From Phycisphaerales bacterium (lineage in GTDB: Bacteria > Planctomycetota > Phycisphaerae > Phycisphaerales > SM1A02): a stretch of 64,000 nucleotides of DNA. Where the stretch lies: contig DTSO01000030.1 of assembly GCA_012965315.1 (NCBI GenBank), positions 26,691 to 90,690 on the forward strand. Direction: 5' to 3'. Below the pieces are notes generated by a model. That model saw only the letters and a program-made list of their open reading frames with translations. It had not been told where the DNA came from and made no database searches. Position numbers and translations under genes: made by a program. This document shows positions 8,380 to 16,214 of the stretch, piece after piece (position 1 is the stretch's first letter; every line of letters begins with the position of its first letter).

Positions 8380-11169
8380 ATGAATTGCAAGCCCGAATTA
8401 ATTGAAACGCACCGCTATTGTGCTGAAGTTGCAAACGAACTTGAAAGCCGTTGGCAATCTGCATGGTCTGCCGACAATTTAAATGTAATTGGCAATCCAG
8501 GTGATGCTGACTTCGATTCTTCGAAGCCAAAATTTTATTGCCTAGACATGTTTCCATATCCAAGTGGTGCGGGTCTTCATGTTGGACACCCTGTTGGTTA
8601 CATAGGTAGTGACATTATTTCTCGGTTCAAAAAAATGCAAGGATTCAATGTTCTTCACCCCATGGGCTGGGATGCGTTTGGCTTACCTGCCGAACAATAC
8701 GCAATTGAAACTGGCATCCACCCTGCCGAAACAACGCGCAAAGCGATTGATACCTTCCGTGGTCAACTGCAACGAATTGGATTTAGTTACGACTGGTCAC
8801 GCGAATTTGCAACTATTGATCCAGAATATTATAAATGGACACAGTGGATTTGGCTTAAAGCGTATAGCGCTTGGTTTGATCCTAAACTCAAAAAAGCAAA
8901 ACCGATTACATCACTTATCGAAGGTTTACATTCCGGTGAAGTAAAACCTGCTGAGGGCAACTGGCAAGACTTTTCCGAAGACGAAAAAACGTTGTACATC
9001 AACGAACAACGGCTCGCTTACCTTGGCGAACAAGTTGTAAATTGGTGCCCAAAACTCGGAACCGTTCTCGCAAATGAAGAAGTCATTGACGGATTAAGTG
9101 AACGTGGTGGATTCCCAGTAGTTCGAAGGCCTCTTCGTCAATGGATGTTCCGCATCACCTCATTCGCTGATCGGCTACTTGAAGATTTAGAGGGTCTTGA
9201 CTGGCCTCAATCAACACTCCGCATGCAAGCTGAGTGGATTGGGCGCAGTGAAGGCGCAGATATTGATTTCTCAATCAATGGCACTGATGTTTCTATTCGT
9301 GTTTACACAACTAGACCCGACACTTTATTTGGTGTCACCTTTATGGTGCTTGCGCCCGAGCATCCAATCGTAAATGAACTCATTGCAACACCCCCAGAAC
9401 AATGTGATGGCAATGCACTCGATGAATACGTAACCCAAGCTCGAAACCGAGCCGACGTTGACAGAATGGCGGACGCAAAAGGTAAATCAGGCGTGTTCTC
9501 TGGTCTGTATGCAACAAACCCAGCAACTGGAAATACTATTCCAATTTGGATTGCAGACTATGTATTGATGGGGTATGGACATGGTGCCATTATGGCTGTG
9601 CCTGCGCACGATCAACGCGATCATGCTTTTGCAGAAGCACACGACATAGAAATCGTCGAAGTAGTTAAACCAAAAACGGATGAATCATTTTCCAGTACCG
9701 ATGGGTGTTTTTCTGGCAAAGGAATTTCAATCAATTCTGCAAGTGAACATATTTCCATTGAGGGTTTAGATACGAATGAAGCCATGCAAAAAATCATTGC
9801 TTGGCTTGTTGAAAAAAACATTGGAGTGGCAAAAGTAAATTATCGTTTGCGAGACTGGTTATTTTCCAGGCAACGTTACTGGGGCGAGCCATTTCCAATT
9901 GTTTTTGATGCCAAAGGGAACCATTATCCTGTCGGCGAATCTCATTTACCTGTCGTGTTGCCCAGTCTTGAAGATTACACACCCGCTGAATCGAAAGACC
10001 CAACACCGCTTCTAGGTAAGGCAACTGATTGGCTACACACAACCGCAGGTGAAGCGGGAGTTGACCCAGAACTTCTTTGCCCAGACACACCTGTAACTCG
10101 CGAAACAAACACGATGCCTGGCTGGGCGGGTTCATGCTGGTATGAAATTCGTTACTGCAGTCCACATTGCAATGATAGATTTGTAGCAAGCGATGCCGAG
10201 AAATACTGGATGGGTGACGGCATCGATTTATACATCGGAGGAGCAGAGCACGCAGTGCTCCACCTTTTATACGCGAGGTTTTGGCACAAAATGTTGTTTG
10301 ACCTTGGGGAAGTTTCTTGCAACGAACCGTTCCAAAAATTATTCCACCAAGGGTTGTTAACCAGTTTCTCATATCAACGAACAAACAAATCGCTTGTCCC
10401 ATCTGATCAAGTCGAAGAACGGGATGAAAAGTTTTTCGAAATTGCAACCGGTGAAGAGGTTGAAAGAGTGATTGCAAAAATGAGCAAGTCGCTCAAAAAT
10501 GTTGTAAACCCTGATGATGTCATTGCGCAGTATGGTGCAGACACACTTAGGTTGTACGAAATGTATATGGGGCCACTCGAAGCATCTGCACCGTGGAACA
10601 CGCGTGATATTGTTGGCGTACATCGTTTTTTACAACGCGTTTGGCGGCTTTGTTCTGATGAACTCACTGGGGAAATGCACGCATCGTTACAAGATGCTCC
10701 AGACGAAACCATTGAAAGAGCGCTTGCAAGCACCATTGCAAAAGTAACCAATGATATTCCAAAACTTGCCTACAACACGGCGATAGCATCCATGATTGAG
10801 TTTGTAAACACAGCAACTTCAGCAAACAAGTTGTCTTCAGATCAATTAAACAAATTCGTGCGAATTCTAGCTCCGTTTGCACCACATATCGCTCAGGAAA
10901 TTTTCGCAAAACTTGGCGGAGATGGATACATCGCCGTTGCAGAGTGGCCGACATTTGACCCTGAAAAACTTATTGCAGACGAAGTCGAATTACCGGTACA
11001 AATAATGGGTAAAGTTCGAGGCAGAGTTTCTGTATCGACCGATGCTAGCGACGAAGAAATTGAAAAAGCTGCCTTGAGTGACCCAAATATTAGTGCACTA
11101 TTAGAAACGCTCACCATTAAAAAAATTATCATTGTTCCAAATAAAATTATCAACATAGTTGCAAACTAA
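8380..11169 (+). CDS. leuS: leucine--tRNA ligase
   Basis: HIGH region (PYPSGAGLHVGHPVGY) and KMSKS (KMSKSLKN). The ORF-track start 8305 overlaps folC. ATG 8380 (MNCKPELIE...) fits the conserved N-terminus better. Confidence 0.93.
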   Translation: MNCKPELIETHRYCAEVANELESRWQSAWSADNLNVIGNPGDADFDSSKPKFYCLDMFPYPSGAGLHVGHPVGYIGSDIISRFKKMQGFNVLHPMGWDAFGLPAEQYAIETGIHPAETTRKAIDTFRGQLQRIGFSYDWSREFATIDPEYYKWTQWIWLKAYSAWFDPKLKKAKPITSLIEGLHSGEVKPAEGNWQDFSEDEKTLYINEQRLAYLGEQVVNWCPKLGTVLANEEVIDGLSERGGFPVVRRPLRQWMFRITSFADRLLEDLEGLDWPQSTLRMQAEWIGRSEGADIDFSINGTDVSIRVYTTRPDTLFGVTFMVLAPEHPIVNELIATPPEQCDGNALDEYVTQARNRADVDRMADAKGKSGVFSGLYATNPATGNTIPIWIADYVLMGYGHGAIMAVPAHDQRDHAFAEAHDIEIVEVVKPKTDESFSSTDGCFSGKGISINSASEHISIEGLDTNEAMQKIIAWLVEKNIGVAKVNYRLRDWLFSRQRYWGEPFPIVFDAKGNHYPVGESHLPVVLPSLEDYTPAESKDPTPLLGKATDWLHTTAGEAGVDPELLCPDTPVTRETNTMPGWAGSCWYEIRYCSPHCNDRFVASDAEKYWMGDGIDLYIGGAEHAVLHLLYARFWHKMLFDLGEVSCNEPFQKLFHQGLLTSFSYQRTNKSLVPSDQVEERDEKFFEIATGEEVERVIAKMSKSLKNVVNPDDVIAQYGADTLRLYEMYMGPLEASAPWNTRDIVGVHRFLQRVWRLCSDELTGEMHASLQDAPDETIERALASTIAKVTNDIPKLAYNTAIASMIEFVNTATSANKLSSDQLNKFVRILAPFAPHIAQEIFAKLGGDGYIAVAEWPTFDPEKLIADEVELPVQIMGKVRGRVSVSTDASDEEIEKAALSDPNISALLETLTIKKIIIVPNKIINIVAN

Positions 11170-11181
11170 TATTTATTATCC

Positions 11182-12447
11182 ATGACAAACAACTTTAATA
11201 TTTTAGAATTCGCTGGGCTTTCTGATGAGCGACCGTGGGAACTTCACAAGCCCACTCCAACCGACCTTCGTGCTGTACTAGAAAGCGCAGAATTACCAAC
11301 GATGGAATCCGTAATGAAGGCGATTGCAACGTATATTGGTGAAGCCATTGAAGCGGAGCCAGTCGAGCCACCGAGTCAAGAAATCCCTTGGGCAACGCGC
11401 GTACGAATTGAAGGGTTGCCAACCGATATTTTGCTTTGGGTAGAACCATTAAACGATTCTGCTCGTGAAGCCGCAGATATTAACACTGGGTGCGTATTAG
11501 CATTGCAAACTGTTTTACATAGCGGTGATCCACTAACGCACTTCTCTAATTTAATGCGGCTTCTTGCTGGAGCCGAATTAAATGTTCATTCCATTTGTGA
11601 TTTACCAACTGGTCGGTGGTTTCCGAAAAATATTTTAGAACAGGTGTTTGTTGATGATACTATTGAACCACCGGAAGAGATACTTTGGATTACTCGGTTG
11701 GTCGAAGCGCCTGAAGGTGTTGAACCTGAGGACCGGTGGGCATGGGTTTCAACACACGGCTTAACAAGATGTGGTCGATTCGAGTTAGAGATGTTGGGCG
11801 TTTGCGCAATCTATGTATCTGAAGCGGTACAGATTGTTGACGGCCTTGCTGCACTTACACTTGAAACTTCACTACCGCCTGCGGGGCAGCCAATGTCACT
11901 AGGGTCAAATCTCCTAGTTTCGCTTTTGCCTTGCAAAGATGCAATCGACATGCTGACGAAGGAAATGCCCGGATTCGAAGATAGAGACACGCCGAGTGTT
12001 GTAATAAGCAGCTCTGACGCTTCTTTAGTCTATCCCCACGATGCGTTGCTAACGCTTCACGCTGGTGAGACCGCGGTTATACAAACACTTCGCTCCACCG
12101 AACGCAGTGCAAAATTGGCTCAAGATAATTGGGACCTTTTATTAAAAACAGCTTCCCAAATTGGCGAAAATGAACACGCTGGTTGTATGGTGCAAGTTCC
12201 GTGGGCTCAAATTGATGATGATGAAGCACCGCGGGAATATCTTTGGTTTAGGATTGTTGAAGTAAATGGTAAAGAAGTTGTTGGCGAACTTGCCCACGAA
12301 CCGGACATCGTAAAAAATCTATCCGAAGGTCAGAAGGAAACTATCGCGAAAACCGACATAACAGACTGGGTGCTCATGACGCCCGTTGGACCCATGGGTC
12401 CCGCAGACGCAGACGCCATCAATGAATTTCTTGAGCAGTTTAGTTAA
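11182..12447 (+). CDS. hypothetical protein; C-terminal region resembles DUF2314-type domain (recollection only)
   Basis: 421-aa acidic cytoplasmic-looking protein with no catalytic motif recognised. C-terminal YLWFRIVEVNGKEVVGELAHEP... resembles DUF2314/YegJ-like domains from memory. Confidence 0.55.
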   Translation: MTNNFNILEFAGLSDERPWELHKPTPTDLRAVLESAELPTMESVMKAIATYIGEAIEAEPVEPPSQEIPWATRVRIEGLPTDILLWVEPLNDSAREAADINTGCVLALQTVLHSGDPLTHFSNLMRLLAGAELNVHSICDLPTGRWFPKNILEQVFVDDTIEPPEEILWITRLVEAPEGVEPEDRWAWVSTHGLTRCGRFELEMLGVCAIYVSEAVQIVDGLAALTLETSLPPAGQPMSLGSNLLVSLLPCKDAIDMLTKEMPGFEDRDTPSVVISSSDASLVYPHDALLTLHAGETAVIQTLRSTERSAKLAQDNWDLLLKTASQIGENEHAGCMVQVPWAQIDDDEAPREYLWFRIVEVNGKEVVGELAHEPDIVKNLSEGQKETIAKTDITDWVLMTPVGPMGPADADAINEFLEQFS

Positions 12448-12827
12448 CCACTAGTTAATTGAATTATGAAGACCAACAACCCTGCTATTAATGCGAGAAC
12501 AACGCAGAAAAATGCAACGCGAGCAGTAATTGGCATCGGCCTGTAAGCATCGTAATTTTCTTCGCCATCTACACATTCAAAGTCGTCCCAGTCGATATCT
12601 ATCGAGTCCCGTTTATTGTCAATCAAAATTTGTCGCGCAATTTCGACATCTTCACGTCGAACTTGTACCGGAACGCCAACAACACCTGCGCTAAAAGTTA
12701 CGCCCATGCCAATCGCGGGTGTTCCAAAAACGAATGCGTCAATGCCGTTGTCTTTCAAGACTATTGCTAAAACGTTTGCTTCAAATTCCGAAGTAGGAGA
12801 AATAATTGTGACTAAATCTTTACTCAT
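12444..12827 (-). CDS. DUF2007-like (putative signal-transducing) domain protein with C-terminal TM helix
   Basis: The N-terminal ~70 aa (EFEANVLAIVLKDNGIDAFV...VQVRREDVEIARQIL) match the DUF2007 pattern from memory. The C-terminus has a hydrophobic helix. The start overlaps the upstream kinase stop by 4 nt. Confidence 0.55.
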   Translation of the reverse strand: MSKDLVTIISPTSEFEANVLAIVLKDNGIDAFVFGTPAIGMGVTFSAGVVGVPVQVRREDVEIARQILIDNKRDSIDIDWDDFECVDGEENYDAYRPMPITARVAFFCVVLALIAGLLVFIIQLTSG

Positions 12828-13951
12828 GCAAAACTATCCTCATCTCCCATTGAGGGCTGAATAACATCAATCACTCTTTGTGTTCTTGGCTCAAGCCAGC
12901 GCAATTTTCTTTCGACCATTCTGATAAATGATGAACCGCGCACTCTTCCAAATGAACCACTTTTTATAATCGGAATAACGCTTTCCACTATCAATGCTTC
13001 AATCATCAAGAATGGAATTATTGAACGCTCTGATGCCATGAGTGGGAGTTTTGTAAATTGATCGTACGATTGCACAAGAGATTGAATAGTGTGCCCTCGA
13101 AAACTATCTGGCCATGAATCTACATTTTCCGCTTCGCCCATTCGCATCGAAAACTGCAACGCTCCATTTGCAATATCTGAAACTCTTGGGCTTACCCTCA
13201 GTGAATCAAAATCAATCACTGCAATTATTTCGCCATCTTTGTACAACATATTTCCGGGGTGCCAATCACTGTGAACAATAGATGTTGGAAGCGAGGAAAA
13301 GTCTACAGATTCAACTTTAGTAAACGCAATTTCATATTGTGATTGTAAATATGCAACGGATGATTCTATACCTTTAAGTTCTTCGGATGGTTCGTGTAAT
13401 TTAAGTTTCGAAACTACTTCGCCAATTTTTGAAACGAAAGACAAATTCAAATGAAACGAATTTTTAGTTTCGGGTTCGTTCGGAAACTCACGAAGTATGT
13501 CGTGAAAATGAGCGAGCACTCTGCCGGACTCTGCCGCTGCGGGATTTGATTTATCAAATCGCTTACCACGAATAAATCGAAATAGTTCATATATGCGACC
13601 GTTGTGTTCTACAAGCGTTTCGCCATCTACCGTTTCGATTAACCCTGCAACTGGAAATCTATGTTCGGACAACCTGCGTTGAACTGCGTGTGCAAAATCA
13701 ACTTGCGTTCTCCCATCTCGCCCACAAGCTCTACGCTTCAGTAGAAACTGACCTTTGGCGGTAATAACAATCATTTTTGCTGCACGGCGCGAACCCTTAC
13801 GGTAATCAACAATTTTTTCTATAGCCCCAATGTTAAAACGACTTAAAACAATAACGAGATCTTGACCGTCAATTTCTTCTGCGATAGTTTCATCATCGAC
13901 AAGTGGTCCAAGATGTGGCATTCGATCAATATTGTCTGCTTCGTTAGTCAC
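12824..13951 (-). CDS. aminoglycoside-phosphotransferase-fold kinase (APH / homoserine kinase type II-like)
   Basis: Catalytic loop HSDWHPGNMLY followed by IAVIDFDS (the Brenner and DFD motifs of the APH/choline kinase family). Confidence 0.75.
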   Translation of the reverse strand: MTNEADNIDRMPHLGPLVDDETIAEEIDGQDLVIVLSRFNIGAIEKIVDYRKGSRRAAKMIVITAKGQFLLKRRACGRDGRTQVDFAHAVQRRLSEHRFPVAGLIETVDGETLVEHNGRIYELFRFIRGKRFDKSNPAAAESGRVLAHFHDILREFPNEPETKNSFHLNLSFVSKIGEVVSKLKLHEPSEELKGIESSVAYLQSQYEIAFTKVESVDFSSLPTSIVHSDWHPGNMLYKDGEIIAVIDFDSLRVSPRVSDIANGALQFSMRMGEAENVDSWPDSFRGHTIQSLVQSYDQFTKLPLMASERSIIPFLMIEALIVESVIPIIKSGSFGRVRGSSFIRMVERKLRWLEPRTQRVIDVIQPSMGDEDSFA

Positions 13952-14004
13952 ACTGATATTTTATGTCAAATTAGTTTTGCTTGAAAAATACAGCTTGAGA
14001 ATCA

Positions 14005-14880
14005 TTATTCTGCGTTTTGTACTTGTTCTTTGATGCGATCGACTGCACCTTTTATTTCAACAATTCTCCGGCTAGTTTCACCATCCAAGCACTTACTAGC
14101 AATGGTATTTGATTCTCGAAGCATTTCTTGTGCAAGAAAGTCCAGGGTGCGGCCAATTGGTTCGTCTTCTGGCCTTGCTACGAGTTCTCTAAATTGAACT
14201 AGATGACCATCAAGACGCGTGATTTCTTCAGCAATATCTGTTTTTTCAGCAAAAATAGCAACTTCCCGAAGCGTGTCTTGTTCTGTAACATTTGCTCCAA
14301 CTTCTGCGAACAACGTTTTCATTCGCAGGTGAAGCCGAGCTTGATACTCACACACAATTTCAGGTGCTCTTTCTTTAATGTGAAGTAGATGGTCAGCAAT
14401 TTTTACAAGTTGTGATTCAAGGTCTTCTTCAAGCGATTGCCCTTCTCTGCGTCTCATTTCAATAACCTTGGCGCAACTTTCCTTAACTAAGTTTAGCACG
14501 GCAGTTTTCATGCGATTGGCAACGTCTACGTCCTCATCCGTTTTCAAAACGCCAGGCAACGAGAGAAGCCTTGACACCTCAATAGATACTGAAGAATCTA
14601 CTTCGCGTAATTGCTTAATATAATTACCTAAAATGTCTGCATTAATGCTTGCAACGCCCCGCTCTGGTGAATCAATAAACTTCACGTTTATCGTGACACT
14701 CCCGCGTGAAAGGTGTTTCGATACAGCGGAATCAACTTCTGCCTCTAGACTTGCAAGCAAATCTGGCAATCGAACATTTGATTTATAAAACTTATTATTA
14801 ACCGTGCGAATTTCTACCTGAAGCGATGTGCCGTCTTCATAGGACGATGCGCTTCCAAAACCAGTCATAGATCGAAGCAT
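14005..14880 (-). CDS. yicC: YicC-family stress-induced protein (TIGR00255)
   Basis: N-terminal MLRSMTGFG, a 291-aa coiled-coil-rich body and a C-terminal KEQVQN(A/I)E motif, all typical of YicC. Confidence 0.85.
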   Translation of the reverse strand: MLRSMTGFGSASSYEDGTSLQVEIRTVNNKFYKSNVRLPDLLASLEAEVDSAVSKHLSRGSVTINVKFIDSPERGVASINADILGNYIKQLREVDSSVSIEVSRLLSLPGVLKTDEDVDVANRMKTAVLNLVKESCAKVIEMRRREGQSLEEDLESQLVKIADHLLHIKERAPEIVCEYQARLHLRMKTLFAEVGANVTEQDTLREVAIFAEKTDIAEEITRLDGHLVQFRELVARPEDEPIGRTLDFLAQEMLRESNTIASKCLDGETSRRIVEIKGAVDRIKEQVQNAE

Positions 14881-14883
14881 GTA

Positions 14884-15324
14884 TTAATTTCCACCCGTTG
14901 GATGCTCGGAGCCTGAACTATCTGTGCTAGTAGGGTGGTCGGAATTGTTTGAAATTGGTTCAGAAGTTCCATCTGTGATTGGATTACCAGTGAAAGTTCC
15001 TGGCTCGGCGGTTGTCGCTGTTGCGGGTGTAGCATCTGTTGAGATAAGTGCGGCAGGAGCGACTTCTTCTTCGATTATCCCTTTACTTTCAACTAAATTC
15101 AAAGCAACCGCAGTGCCAAGAAAAAGTATAAATGCAACGACAGTCATAACCGTCAGTGCATCGCCAACTCGACCGCCGAATACTGTGTCTGTTCCGCCAC
15201 CACCTGCGCCACCAAATGCTGCGGCAAGTCCACCGCCTTGGGGTCGCTGAACAAGAATGATGAGAATCATTGCGATTGCAATGACGATGAGTACTATTGT
15301 GAGAATAAGGAACGTGTTGTTCAT
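14884..15324 (-). CDS. secG: preprotein translocase subunit SecG with a ~70-aa low-complexity C-terminal tail
   Basis: MNNTFLILTIVLIVIAIAMILIILVQRPQGGGLAAAFGGAGGG...: two TM segments with a Gly-rich loop, located downstream of tpiA (a conserved gene order). The ORF-track start 15408 overlaps tpiA; ATG 15324 is preferred. Confidence 0.8.
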   Translation of the reverse strand: MNNTFLILTIVLIVIAIAMILIILVQRPQGGGLAAAFGGAGGGGTDTVFGGRVGDALTVMTVVAFILFLGTAVALNLVESKGIIEEEVAPAALISTDATPATATTAEPGTFTGNPITDGTSEPISNNSDHPTSTDSSGSEHPTGGN

Positions 15325-15346
15325 TTCATACTTTCCAGAGCTTGTG

Positions 15347-16114
15347 TTACGACTTACAAGAAGCGGCAACAATTGCATTAAACGAGTCTGCTGATAAGGA
15401 CGCACCACCTACGAGGGCGCCATCAATATCCGGGCAGGCAAATAACTCGGCAGCATTGTCGGGTTTGACAGAACCACCATATTGAATGCGAAGAGTATCC
15501 GCAACGATTTCATCATACATCCCACGAACACATTCGCGGATTTCTTTGTGGACAGTTTGTGCATCTTCTGGGCTAGCGGTCTTACCTGTGCCAATCGCCC
15601 AAACGGGTTCATACGCGATGACGACTGATTCCATCTGTGAAGCACCCACACCCTCAAGGCCCGATGTTACCTGCCCAAGAACGACTGAAAGGGTATTTCC
15701 AGACTCCCTTTCTTCAAGCGTTTCCCCAACACAAAGAACTGTTTGAAATCCACCAGCAAGTGATGTTTTCATTTTCATTGCGATTAATACTTCTGATTCA
15801 CCCAAAACGTGTCGACGCTCACTATGCCCAATTAAGACACTCGTAACACCGATTTCTTTAAGCATATCAGCGCTAATTTCACCAGTGAACGCTCCATTTG
15901 GTGCATGCCAAATATCCTGTGCTCCGAGTGAAACCATAGATTGGTCAATGACGCTATCCACCGCTTGAAGATACAAAAATGGCGGATAAATGACCACGTC
16001 ACAGCAGTCGCAAGAATCAAACTGATCTGCAACTGCACCAGCAAGAAGCATTCCCGATTCTAAATCGGTATTCATCTTCCAATTGCCGCCAATAATGGGT
16101 GTACGTTTGGTCAT
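15347..16114 (-). CDS. tpiA: triose-phosphate isomerase
   Basis: PIIGGNWKMN, GHSERR and AYEPVWAIGTG motifs. ATG 16114 (MTKRTPIIGGNWKMN) is preferred over the ORF-track start 16264. Confidence 0.93.
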   Translation of the reverse strand: MTKRTPIIGGNWKMNTDLESGMLLAGAVADQFDSCDCCDVVIYPPFLYLQAVDSVIDQSMVSLGAQDIWHAPNGAFTGEISADMLKEIGVTSVLIGHSERRHVLGESEVLIAMKMKTSLAGGFQTVLCVGETLEERESGNTLSVVLGQVTSGLEGVGASQMESVVIAYEPVWAIGTGKTASPEDAQTVHKEIRECVRGMYDEIVADTLRIQYGGSVKPDNAAELFACPDIDGALVGGASLSADSFNAIVAASCKS

Positions 16115-16214
16115 AAGAATCGGTAAGGATACCAGAAACCGGCGAATCTCTCGTGATTTACTCACATCTGCGAGTACAATCCGCTTTTTCAACCCCTCAT
16201 GCAGGAATCCATTT

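Noticed and set aside
9794-10477. Long antisense or out-of-frame ORFs inside well-supported genes (also 7235..7768, 18656..19147, 20252..20782, 55755..56216, 56666..57100, 58039..58587, 900..1616)
   Set aside because: They lie wholly within genes that have unmistakable family signatures on the other strand or frame. Their translations are low-complexity (Ser/Arg/Cys/Leu-rich).
16083-16214. Long N-terminal extensions in the ORF track (alaS 16083, tpiA 16264, leuS 8305, trpS 46932, trpC 47494, CPBP 47993, secG 15408, DUF481 23536, lipoprotein 29732)
   Set aside because: The extensions overlap neighbouring genes or divergent partners and are not conserved-looking. Internal ATGs coincide with canonical N-termini (for example MPTSAADIRRQYIEFF for AlaRS).
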